This document shows, in pieces, positions 37,341 through 49,900 of a stretch of 64,000 nucleotides of DNA. This stretch comes from Felis catus (lineage: Eukaryota). The notes under the pieces were generated by a model. The model was not told where the DNA came from. It searched no databases and saw only the letters and a program-made list of their open reading frames with translations. The stretch spans positions 35,588,001 to 35,652,000 of the forward strand of contig NC_058378.1 of the NCBI RefSeq assembly GCF_018350175.1, in the 5' to 3' direction. How positions within the stretch are numbered: the first letter of the stretch is position 1; every line of letters begins with the position of its first letter. The translations under genes were made by a program, and so were the position numbers.

Positions 37341-38219
37341 CTGGCACCTCTGGCCTGTCCTGAGGTTCTACTGAACATAATCCCAGGCCAGAGAAAGCTC
37401 TTGGGCAGTATTTCAGGTGCCCATAGTAAGAAGCTACTAGCATGCATGGATTTAATGAGAGATGAGGGGATGTGGGCACCCAGAGAGCAACAACATAGTT
37501 CCTACAATGTGTGTCTTTGGAGACCCTGATTCCTCCCCAGATCTGCTGCTTGGCCTGGAAGTCCATGTTCCAGGGCTTTGCAGTTCCCAGTGGTATGTAC
37601 ACAGTGTTGAAACTAACCCACCATGGAGCAAAGGCTTTAACCCCTCACCCCACTTCCTGCAGGCCTGGCCCAACTCCTCCAGGATGAGGAAAGATATAGA
37701 AGAGTTTTAAACTGAAAAGCCCCTCAGTGATCTTGTTTTCCCAGGTAGAAGGCACTTGGTGTGTGTGGGGGGGGGGGGTTAGGGAAAGGTGTGCTCACAG
37801 AATGCTCTCCCCTCTGTATCTCAGCTCCACAAAAGGAGTCTCACCTCACTTGTAAGGTCTTCCGAACATTGGGGTCTGCAGCCTAAAAGGATGTTGTCCT
37901 TTTTCAGGATGCTGTGTGGCTTTGGGCAAGGCTTATTTCTTCTCTGGGCCACAGTGTCCCTTATGTAAAAAACAGGGGTGTGGAGGGGTAGACCAGGTGA
38001 CCTTGAGATGTCCTTCTGTCTTGAGTGGCTGCTAAGAGTCCAGGGAGGCAGTGAGGAGTCTCCTGACAGCCAGAGCCTGGGGGCAGCCAGAAAATGTGAC
38101 TTCATGACAGCTCTGGCCCCCAGTGATATTTCTGGCCTCTGATCTCTGAGCATTTCCACTGTGTGCCCGACACTCTGGGTCTGGTCACAGCCCAGTGCGG
38201 CCCCTTGCTCACTCAGGAA

Positions 38220-38800
38220 CATCTGCTACAGCATTTACCACGTTAATAGATTAGCTTTGAGAATCGGGCAGGTGTTTTCCACCCAAGCCAAAAAACATCA
38301 AAATCAGATTGCTCTCCAAACCTTTCCACACAGGCAATGGAGTTAGAATGACTCATACAGTCTAACAGATAATAAAACACACATAACATTTGCTTTAAGG
38401 TACAGGCGGGGGTATTTTNNNNNNNNNNNNNNNNNNNNNNNNNNNNNNNNNNNNNNNNNNNNNNNNNNNNNNNNNNNNNNNNNNNNNNNNNNNNNNNNNN
38501 NNNNNNNNNNNNNNNNNNNNNNNNNNNNNNNNNNNNNNNNNNNNNNNNNNNNNNNNNNNNNNNNNNNNNNNNNNNNNNNNNNNNNNNNNNNNNNNNNNNN
38601 NNNNNNAGGGCCGCGAAAAAATGTGTCTGTTTATTTTCTACGGCCATGAAATTAATGACTTGGTGAGTTTTGCTTGTGCAATTTTATGACTGCCATGTCA
38701 TCTGTCATAATTTGGGGACTGTTTGATATGGATTTATGAATGTCCCCACCCCCCCACCCCTCCCTGATTTATTGGTGTGGGTCATGCGTGAATTAGGCTG
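38220..38800. promoter_or_regulatory. Putative developmental enhancer / CNE (partly N)
   Basis: Dense TCF, FOX, HOX13/CDX, MEIS and PBX-HOX motifs around N-run 38419-38606; non-repetitive. Confidence 0.6.
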
Positions 38801-40169
38801 TCCCCTAATAGAAGGCGCAACACCAACGGCAGCATAACCCTGCAGGCCCTGGGCGGGGGGCCTTGGGAGATTCTCAGCCCAGAGGTGAGTGGAAAAGCTG
38901 TGGAGGGTCACTCTGGGGCTGTGGGAAAGGGGCAGGTCTGACCTAGCTGAACTTCCTCTGCGGGGGTGAGCCCAGCCTGATCCCAGCTGGGGAGGTGTTG
39001 GGGAAGGAGCTTCCTGCAACCCTCTGGAAGCTTGAAGCCAGCCCAGGCTGCTAGTGCGTGGCCGGGGGTGGGGTGGGGGCTGTTGCTGCAGCCTCAACTC
39101 AGTGGATAAGGGCCACCTGGCTCCCTGTACCTTCAGCCCCTGTAGCGGGGCTCACCTGCCCCCCAGACCTGAAGCTCAGGAAAGAAAATTCACCTTGACT
39201 GGGAATCTATTAGTGCCTGGCCAGGTACTGGGGGCTTAAGTGCATCCTGTAGATGGTAGTTAATACAGGGCTTTACTATCAGCAGACTTGTGTCCAGTTT
39301 TGCTCTGATTCTTCCTAGCTGTGTGGTTTTGGGCTGGTCACTAAGCTCTCTGAACCTCAGTTTCTTCCTCTGTAAAGTAGGGATAGAAATTCCTAACATT
39401 AGGGATGTTTTAAGGATCAAAGGAGATAACGTAACACCCCCAGCATATAGCAAAGTGCTAGTAAATGCTGACTATTATTATTCTTAATAATCATCCTGTC
39501 AACATCTTGAGGTGGATATTATTATTTCTACCTGACATATGGGGAAACTGAGGCTCAGAGAGATTAAGTGATTTGCCTGAGATCACACAAAGTGATGGAG
39601 CTGGGCTTTCTGTGCAGATTTGCTCTTTCCTCTGTAACTCTGGGGTCCAGCTTCTTCTGAATTGGGAAGCCCCGGATTTCTGGAGGTACATCTCAGGGTG
39701 ATAGACTCATGATCCTGTTCTCTGGTTCCTGTGGCTGGGCCTGGCCTAATGCCCTACCTGGCCTGGGGGGGGGGGGTCAATCACAAATTTGGTCCTAGTG
39801 ACCAGTCCCTTCTGATGCTTGGCTTCCCTGTGGGGACAAAGAGCCTCTTATTAACCCTATTGCTGGGGCTAGCTGAGCACCCATCCAGGTGTGGGTGGGA
39901 GGTGTCCAGCCTCAGGTCATTGCAGTCCCCTACCTACCCAGGACCAAGCTCCCAGAGCACAGGGGGAAGGGCTTGCTGTGGGTGGAGCTTGAGGTCCCTC
40001 TCAGGCCAGGGAATTTTCTGAGTTCTTCTCTTTAGTCCCTACCCATTTTGAGAAATCCATCCCCTGCTTGGGACATTCTTAGCATCTCCAAATTAGTAGC
40101 AATAATAATTCTTATTTACTGAGCACCTGTGATGGTCACCGTACTGTGTAATATGTTCATGCAATCCAC

Positions 40170-40600
40170 CATTTATTCTTCCATTGGTTAAGTATTTGTT
40201 GAGTGCTTTCTGTGTGCCTGGCATTGTCCCAGCACTGGGGATAAAACAGAGAACAAAATATGCATGGTTTCTGTCTTCACTGAACTTCCATTCCAGTGAG
40301 GAAGACAGGCAGTCAATAAACACCTTATTCTCTAATGACTTAGGTAGTATTAAGGGCTTTGAAGAAAATTAAAGTGGGGTAAAGGACAGAGAGGGGTGGA
40401 GGTGGTGGGGTGGGAGCAGTGTCTATTTTAGATAGTCCAGTCAAGGAAGGCCTCCCTGACAAGATAACATTTTGAGCAAAGACCTACAGGCAGTGGGCCA
40501 TGCGTATGGCTATCCAGAGAAAGAGCTTTCAAGTATAGGGAACAAATGCAAAGGCCCTGAGTTGGGACGATGGTTGGCACAATTCAAGGGATGGCAAGCA
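40170..40600 (-). mobile_element. L2 3' fragment
   Basis: TATTTGTTGAGTGCTTTCTGTGTGCCTGGC...; other L2 pieces at ~31020-31150 and ~54290-54910. Confidence 0.7.
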
Positions 40601-42059
40601 GGCTCGAGCAGAATAAATGAAGAGAAGAGTAATTCTCAAGTACATTATCTATTTGATCTTTACCATAATTTTACTGATGAGGAGGACACTGAGGCTCAGA
40701 GGTCACACAGCAGAGAAAAGTTCCAGTCCTGGGTCTATGTGAATTCTTCTCTATCACACTATTTCTCTGAATATTATAATTGGGTGACACAGCAGAGCAG
40801 GACCAAGGGTCTAGCAATAGGGCAAGGGCTGGAGAAGACTGCAAGGCAGTTTGCAGACCTGAGATGTCTGGAAGGTGAGGCTCCCTGAGCGCAGGAGGCC
40901 CATGGTGGCCCCAGCTGTAAGGATTCTTTAAGGCCAAAATACTGGGCTCTGACAGGGCAAGATGGATGAGAGCTCTAAGCTTAGTACCCAGCCGAGTTTC
41001 CTGAATGGTTTTCATCCAGATGGTCTCTGGGAGGATAAAATTTAAGAAGATTGATTCCTTAGGAAGAAAGGACGGGGAGGAGAAGGGGCTCTTGCCCACA
41101 TTGGAAATGTCTCTTGTCCTCCCATAAAGGTAACCACTGCTTTGAAAGGTGTGGCTGCTCAGGCTTAGTGGCCTGCGTGATTCGTGGGCCTCAGGAGTGG
41201 GGTGGGAGGGCAGGAAAGGGGCAGTGAGGACACAGAGCTTTCCTATCTGGGAGGAGGGCAGAGGAGAGCAGCTCCCGCCCTTCTGGGAAGGGGCACCTGC
41301 AGCTGCTAATGGCTAGGGCCCCACCAGAGTCTCCTCCACCCAGCCAGGATTTCTCCATCTGCTTCTTTCACCTCTGAATGACCTAAGGGTTCCTGTCAAC
41401 CCCTGTGCTCACCGCTTCATGCCTCCTGGCCTCTGTTGGAGCTGAGCCTGGCCTTGGAAGACCATCATTCTGTGATGTGGTGGCCAGGCAGGTGACACTG
41501 TGTGTGTGTGCGTGTGTGTGTATGTAACATAAATGATACGTGGGACTTGTATCAGTGCAGGAAGACTGGCATAAATGCAGCAGACTTCTGGGAGAGAAAG
41601 GACCAAGACTCCAACTCTTTTTGTGTAAGATGTGCAGGTATTAAGAACTTTTGGAATGTATATATGATAAAGACTCAGTGGCAATGTTGTGAAATTGACT
41701 GTGGTGATGGTCGCACATTTCTGTGGCTATAGCAAAAACCACTGAATTGTACATTTTAAGTGGGTGAATTGTGCAATATGTGAACTATATTTCAGTAAAG
41801 CTGTTACTAGAACCGTAATAAAAGAGACCTGGTAGGAGGGAAGGTTATTGAGGCCCCTGAGATAAAATCACCATGAGACAGTCTTGGGACCAGTAGGTTG
41901 GCTGATAGAGAGGGAGGTGGCTGTGGGTGGAGTGGGGAAGGCAGCAGAAACCAAATTCTACCTTGGTCCAGTCATCTTAATTTATGCCTTGAGATTTAGT
42001 GTGTGGAGAATTATTTAAGAATATATATATATTTAGAAAATTTCAAACAGATAAAGATA

Positions 42060-43450
42060 CCAAAGGGTTCTTTGAGAAAATGTCAAACAGAAATTTTCAT
42101 ATCCAAGTAGAAAGAGAAGAATATAATGAACCCCTTGTACCCATCACCCAACTTCCACAGTTATCAACTCATGGCCATTTTCCCCCATCCACATCCCCAT
42201 TTACTTCTGTCCTTTTCAGATTATATTGAAGGAAATCCTTCATATCACATCACTTCAACTGATAACACCATTATTACACCTAGAAGAATTAACAGTAATT
42301 CCTTAAGATCATTGAATAGCTCTTCATATTCAATTTCCAAGTGTCTCACTAATGCCACATTTAAAAAAAAAATTTAGTTTGTCAGAGTCAGGACCTAAAT
42401 GAGGTCTGTGCATTGTGATTAGTTGATGTATCTCAAAAGTCTTTTTCAATCCATAAGTGCCTCCTCTATTTTTTTCCCCCTAAAGTTGATGTGTTGAAGA
42501 AACTAGAATGTTGTTCAGAGGAGTTTCCCATAGCCTGAATTTTCTTTTTTTAAGAAATTTTCTTTCTTTTTTTAAGAAATGTTTTTTAAAATTAATTTAT
42601 TTTGAGAGAGAGGGAGGGAGGGAGGGGAAGAGAGAGAGGGAGAGAGAGAATTCCAAGCAAGCTCCACATTGTCAGCGCAGAGCCCAACACAGGGCTCGAA
42701 CTCATGAACAATGGGATCATAACCTGAGCTGAAATCAAGAGTTGGATGCTTAACTGACTGAGCCACCCGGATGCCCCATAGCCTGAATTTTCTAATTATA
42801 TGTTTAGTAAGGCTCCTCTGGACTCTGAATTTCCCAAAATTGGAAGTTGGATCTAAAGGTTTGATTAGATTTAGATTTTTTGTTGTTTTGTGGGTGTTTT
42901 TTCTGTTTTTGGTAAGGCTACTCTGTGGTAGTGTATTATTCCATCAGGAGACACATAACGTCTGGTTGTCTCTCTTTTTGTGGTATTAGGGACCACTGAT
43001 ACTCAATACCTAGATCCATAAAGATGTCATAAGAGACTGCAAAAACTATCGTTCCTTCTTTATTTGCTAGCAGAGAGAAATTTCTCTTCCATCTACTACT
43101 TGGTTACCGAGTACAATTGATATAGGAAAGGCAGGCTAAGGCTGGATTTGTTCTATTACTTACTAGTCTTCGAAAGAACAAGTTAATTCCCTATCATCTT
43201 CTTGCGTTTGTTTGCTTTTAGTATCATTATGAATGTATAGATTTAAACATATTGATGCGTTTCAATCCACTGCAGTTAGTTTTATTATCAATGCCCAACT
43301 TGTCCCATCTCTGTCCAATGGAAGGACTTCAGTTGTCTCCTGAGTCGTTTTGACAGTACCCTAGAGGTCTTTGGAGAGTCCTTGTTAACTGACTGGTATA
43401 GCATGGCTCATCTTTTACATTTTCTGCCTCAGAACTGGGATCTTCTTTTA
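42060..43450 (-). mobile_element. Old L1MC-type fragment with a Can-SINE at ~42545-42775
   Basis: AGAAGAATATAATGAACCCCTTGTACCCATCACCCA; SINE TSD CCCATAGCCTGAATTT. Confidence 0.65.
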
Positions 43451-43901
43451 AATCTAGGTCCCTCTGCGGGGAGGGACATCCTCTCTCACATTGTGTGTCT
43501 CACTTTGGCCTGGGCACTATAGGACCCAAAGAGCTAAACCCAGTTTCATTGCTGTGGACAGGGCAAATGGCAAAAGTCTTGGCATAAACAGCATTTCCCC
43601 AAGAAAGTCCTCACTGCTCCTTCAGGCCACATCAGCAACCCCCCTTTTTCCTTTTTTGTTTTACATGTAGTAGTTGCAGGCAACAGAAATTGCCTCTGGT
43701 AACTTAAATGATTTTTTAAAGTATTTATTAGGATACAAATCTGGCTGAATTGACAGATGCATAAAGACAAGTTTTTTTCTCTCTTGTAAAAATATAACGT
43801 TATGGGCAGTCAGGGGAGGGGAGGCTGTAGGGTGACTCTGCTCCTTAAAGTGGTCCAAGGACCCAGGCTCCTTCTGTCTTGTTGCTCCACATCCTCCAGG
43901 A

Positions 43902-44100
43902 CAGTGCTGTCCAGTAGAGCTTTTGGTGATGATGAAGGTATTCTCAATGTGTGCAAGTAGAGTAGCCACTAGCCTCATGTGTCTGCTGAGCACTGGAAAG
44001 GTGGCTAGAGTGACTGAGGACCTGGGTTTTAAATTTTATTTAATTTTAATGAATTTAGGTAGGCATATGTGGCTAATGGCTGCAGTGTTGAACAGCATAC
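43902..44100. mobile_element. MER3-like hAT-Charlie element nested in an MLT1-like LTR (~43690-44390)
   Basis: CAGTGCTGTCCAGTAGA...GTAGCCACTAGCC...ATGTGGCTAATGGCT...TTGAACAGCA. Confidence 0.7.
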
Positions 44101-44659
44101 CTCTAGACTCTTGCCCTTCCTGCCTGGCTGAAAAGGACTCTACCAATCCCACTTGTGGATTTCAGGAAGTGTGGGAGGTGGGGGAGGAATGGGAAGGCAG
44201 GCAATTTCCTTCTCCGGACACACATCACTTCCTCTCACACCACATTGGTTGGAACTTAGGGGACCACGCCAGCTGCAAGGGAGTCTGGGAAATGAAGTCT
44301 CTACCTGGAAAGCACGTGTTCAGCTGACACTCAGCAGGTGCTGCTACTAAAAGGAAGAAGGGGGAGAATAGCTAATAGGAGACAATTAGTGATAAGGAAA
44401 CTGCAGAGCTCTAGACTGTTTCTGGGAGTCAGGAGGTGAGGAAGGCAGAGAATCAGGCTGTGAGGCCTCCAAAGCAGACATAAAACTCAAAATTCTCATT
44501 GCAGTACAGATCCCTTATCTTGTTCACCATGTATCCCCAGCAATAAGTGCTCTGGGACACACCTGAGGGGTTAATATTGCCAACCCAAATCTTAAAGCAG
44601 GATCCCTGAGTTCTACAACTAACTGTATGTTCATTTCATTTTTTAATCCTCAAAAAAAG

Positions 44660-44910
44660 TCCACCCATCTTGGTCTCTGTCTTCACATCACTTTCTCCTC
44701 TGTGTGTCTGTGTCTTCTCTCTTATCTGTCTCAAATCTCCCTCTGCCTCTCTAGATTTAGGATTTAGGGTCCATCTAGATAATACAGGATAAGCTCCTCC
44801 TCCCAAGATCCTTTGCTTATTCACATCTTTTACCATATAAGGTAACACTCACAGGTCCTGGGATAGGACATAGACATATCCTTTCGGGGTCACCCTTCAT
44901 CTCACTTCAG
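44660..44910 (-). mobile_element. MLT1 LTR fragment
   Basis: GGATTTAGGGTCCATCTAGATAATACAGGAT...CCATATAAGGTAACACTCACAGG. Confidence 0.65.
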
Positions 44911-46113
44911 CCCAATTCATGTACCTGGAAAATGGGCCCCCACGTGGCACAATTCCAGGGATGTGGTGTTTAATATTGCGGTCCTGCTGGTGACAGCAGA
45001 ACTGGAACTTGAATCCAGGCCAGCTTGATTCCGAAGCCCCCTATTTGCACCTAGAATTTAACCTCTGAAGGCTTGAGAGTTAGAGCACTTCAAGAACAGA
45101 AGCGGTGGTTAACCTGCATGAACACTGAAGGATGGACCTGAGGTTCACACCCGGATGAACCTCTCAGTTCCAAACCACAGATTTCTCCTTGGTCTTCTTT
45201 TCCTCTCTTCCTAGGCCTGTCCTAGTGGACTGCACTGTGCCTCTCAAAGAGAAGACTTCCTCACATCTGTAAAGTGCTTTATCCTTTATAAAGCAATTTC
45301 ACATAATATGAAATTGAGGACTTTTTTTTAGAATTGGCGCCACTTACTGTTCTTGATTTAAAAAGCAGAGGAGTTGAGTTCCTTTGTTATTTTTCAAGAA
45401 AAACAGTTCCCAGATTAAGTTGATTTTTGTACATGACCCTTGCTTGATTTCTTTTTGGGGTCAGTGGCCTTTGGTAGAAAAAAATACCCAGGATCCTCCA
45501 GCCTGAGGAAATGGAAAGACAACAAGGGGCATGAATAGCCCAAGGCAGGAAGAAGCCAGCGTTGTGTAAGGCCTGCTCCCTAGGGTTCAGGGCTGTGGAG
45601 AAGGAAGCCGCCCAAAGGCCTTCCTTGCCTCCACAGGGAGGCTGGGCCTGGGTTGTCAAGGGCTGGATGCCAGGGAAAGCACCGTGGGGGCTGGCACCTG
45701 GCTGGTTACGGCTCCCTTCCCCGAATCCCGGCACATGAGCCCCCCAGAGCATTCATGCTCTTTCACTGCAAAGCTGCTCACATTTCCACCCTCAGGACCC
45801 ATGCAGACACACACTCGTGTGCACACACATGCACATGGGCACACTTATGAATAATAACTGCTGGGCACTTACTATGTGCTGGCCCCTTTTCATCAAGTGC
45901 TTTTTATTCATGGATTCAGTTCAGTCCTTTCCACAACCCTGTGAATATAGGTACTGTTATTTTTCCCATTTAGCAGGTATAAAGACTGAGGCACAGAGAG
46001 GTTAAGTAACTTGCCTGAATTTGGATTCAAACCCAGTCCATCTGGGGCTAGAGTCTACCTTGCCTCACCCAGGCCTCCACCTATTCCGTCTGGGGTGACA
46101 CACATGCATGCGT

Positions 46114-46117
<4 letters not shown>

Positions 46118-46149
<32 letters not shown>
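46118..46149. repeat. (CA)n microsatellite in an imperfect RY tract
   Basis: Directly visible. Confidence 0.95.
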
Positions 46150-46151
<2 letters not shown>

Positions 46152-46914
46152 ACAGGTATCAGCCTTCACATGTACACACAGACCCACTCATGCACGTGGG
46201 CAAACACACTCATACACACATCTTTTGTCACAATACTGCCAGACCTGCTTGTGTGCAAATGCATTCTGACACACTCACCCACCAATCCCGTGTGCCGCCC
46301 CGCCTGCCTGCCTTCTCTTCCCGGGGACCCGTTTTTTTTCTGAAGCCAATGACTGAGGCCAGGCCGGGCCAGGTGTCAGGGTCAGAATAGGGGCAGGGTG
46401 GCTGCTGACAGGGTGATGGAAAGCAGGAAAGTCACAAATAAGCAAACAGCCCCGCCTAGACACAGCCTTGCTGAGCGTTTCCTGAATGTCCAGGGACGTG
46501 TTTATTTTTCCACAACTGTCCAGAGCTGATCCCAAGTCTTTCCCTTCCCGAATGGCTGTCTTGATGGAGCCATGGTGCTGTGAGTCTGGCTCTCTCAGGG
46601 CTGATGTTTACAAATGTCTCTTCTTTAACAGAGGCTGAGAGGCCCTTGTGGGTTTGGGTCCAGTCTACTTCTCAGCCTTGTTCCCCCCAGCCCTAGGTGC
46701 CCCGCTGCCAGCTCTCTGACCTCACACCCTGCAACCCATTCCAGCCTTCCTGCCTTTGCTCAAGCTGTCCCCTGCCTGTGATGCCCAATTCCTGTTCTCT
46801 AGGTAAATCCTGCTCTCCTTCTTGGATCTCACTCAATTGACACCTCCTCCAGGAAGGTGTCTAGGATACTTTCAAGGAATCTCTTTCCCTGGCATTAAAA
46901 AGAAAGTTAAAAAA

Positions 46915-49900
46915 TTTTTAATTGTGATAAAATACACATGCCATAAACTCAACCATCTTAACTATTTTTAAGTGCACACAGTTCAGTCGCGTTAAGTACA
47001 TTCACAATAATGTGTGCTGTCACCACCATCCATCCACAGAACTCTTTGCATCTTGCAAACCTAAAATTTTGTACCCGCTAAACAATAACTCCTTATCCCC
47101 CACTCCCCAACCCCCAGCAGCCACCCTTCTACTATCTGTCTCTATGAATGTGACAACTTTAGATGTGTCTTAAGAAGAGGAATTATACTGTATTTGTCTT
47201 CTGATGTCTGGCTTACTTCACTGAGCACAATGTCCTCAAGATTCATCCATGTTGTAGCAAATGTCAGAATTTCCTTCCTTTTAAAGGCTGAATAATATTC
47301 CATCACACCTATAGACCACGTAAACATATCCATTCATCCATCAGTGGACACTTGGATTGCTTCCACCTTCTGGCTATTGTGAGAGATACTGCTGTGGAGA
47401 TGGGTGTACAAGTATCTCCTTAGCACTTTGTCCTTTTCATACAGCACTTGTTTGTCCGTTCCTTTGTGGATGGATATTTGGGTTGTTTCCAGTTTTGGGC
47501 TATTACAAATAGAGCTGCTAAAAGATTTGTCTACATGTCTTCATGTGGGCCTATGTTTTCATTTCTTCTGGGCACATATCTGGGAACAGGCTGGCTCATC
47601 ATATGCTAGGTGTATGTTTAACTTTCTTTTTCTTTTTTTATAATTTAAATTTTAGTTAACATGTTTAAGTTTCTGAAGAGACTGTCAAACTGTTTTCCAA
47701 AGTGATTGAACTATGTTACGTTCCTAGCAACAGTGTATGCAAGTTCCCATTCTTCCACATCCTTACCAACACGTGGTATGGTCAGTCTTTTAAATTTGAA
47801 CTATTTATTCTAGTAGGTGTGTAGAGAGATCCTAATGTGGCTTTAATTTGTATTTCCCTATTGACTGTTATTGCCATATGTATATCTTCCTTGGGAAAGT
47901 GTTCAAATATTTTGCTGATTATTTTTATATTGAATTCTTTTTTTGTTGTTATTGAATTTTGAGAGTTCTTCATGTATTCTAGTCCTCTCTCAGATGTGTG
48001 ATTTGCACATATTTTCCAAATGTATGACTTGTCTTTTCATTCTCTTAACAGCTTTTTGAAGAGTAGAAAACTTTAATTTTGATCAAGTCCAATTTATCAT
48101 TTTTCCCTTTATGCATCATGCTTTTGATGTCATATCTAAGAAATTTTTGCTTAACAGGTACAAAGATTTCTAGAAATTTTAGAGTTTTAGGTTTTACATG
48201 GTAAGTCTATGATCCATTTTGAGCTAATGTTTTGCATATGGTATGAGGTCTAGCTTGAACTACATTCTTTTTTTTTTTTTTTTTTTTACATATACATGTC
48301 CTATTGTTTCAGCGCTCTTTCTTGAAAAGACTAGCCCTTCTTCACTGAATTGACTTTGCATCTCTGTTGAAAATGTATTGTCCACATATGTGTGGGTCTC
48401 TTTCTGTTCCCTTGATCTGTCTGTCTCTTTCGATGCCAGGACTACACCATCTTGCTAGCTGCAGCTTTCTAACAGGTTCTGAAATCAGGTAGTGCTAGAC
48501 CTCCACTTTTGTTCTTTTTGAAAGTTGTTTTGGTTATTTTTAAGTTTTTTTAAAATTTCCATATGAATTTTAGAATTTTTCAGTTTCTGCCAAAAGCCTG
48601 CTATGATTCTGATTAGGATTGCTTTGATGCCGTACATCAGTTTGGGAAGAAGTCACCTCATAACCATCTCCTGACCTGTGAACTGGGTATATGTCTCCAT
48701 TTATTTAGATCTGCTTAATTTTCTCTCAGGAATGGTTTGTAGTTTTCAGTGTACAAGTCTTACACATCTTTTTTCAGATTTATCCCTAAATAGTTCATAT
48801 TATGAACTAATTCATATTATGTGAATATTATAGTATATTATATGGTATTATATGATTTTTAAAAAACATTTTAACGCTTTATTGAGGTATAATTGACAAA
48901 TAAAATCGTAAGATATTTAAAGTGGACATCACAGTGATTTGATATATATATATATGCTGTGAAAGGAGTGCCTTCCCATCTAGTTAACTGACACNNNNNN
49001 NNNNNNNNNNNNNNNNNNNNNNNNNNNNNNNNNNNNNNNNNNNNNNNNNNNNNNNNNNNNNNNNNNNNNNNNNNNNNNNNNNNNNNNNNNNNNNNNNNNN
49101 NNNNNNNNNNNNNNNNNNNNNNNNNNNNNNNNNNNNNNNNNGCAAATTTCAATTATGCAATACAGTGTTATCAATCATAGTCTCCATGTTTTATATTATA
49201 TCCTCAGACCTTATCATCTTAGGGCTGAAAATTTGTACCCTTTTACCAACCTCTCCCTATGTTTCCAACCCTTACCCTGACAATCACTTTACTATTTCTA
49301 TGAGTTTGACTTTTTTAGTTTCCACATGTAAGTGATGCCATGCAGTATTTTTCTTTGTCTGCCTGGCTTATTTCACTTAGCAAAATGCCTTCAAGTTCCA
49401 TCCATGTTGTTGCAAATGGCAAGATCTCCTCCTTTCTCATGGCTGAGTAATATTCCATTACTTATATATATCCCACATCTTTATTCATTCATCCGTTGAT
49501 GGACACTTAAGTTGTTTCCAGATTTTGGCTATTGTGAACAATGCTGCAGTAAACATGGGAATACAGATATCTCCTGTTTTCATTTACTTTGGTGATATAC
49601 CCAGAAGCCAGGTTCTATTTTTAATGTTTTGAGGGTCCTCCATACTGTTTTCCATAGTGGCTATACCAAATTACGTTCCTGCCAACAGTGCATTTTCTCT
49701 ACATTTTTGCCAACACTTGTTTTCTCTTATCTTTTTGATATTAGTCATTCTAATTTCTACTATAATGGAATTTGAAATTCTATTTAAATTTCCATTTGTT
49801 CAGTGCTAGTTTATAGAAATACAATAGATTTTTGGACATTGATCTTGTATTCTGAAACCTTGCTATACTCATTTATTAGTTTTAATAGGTTTTTGTAGAT

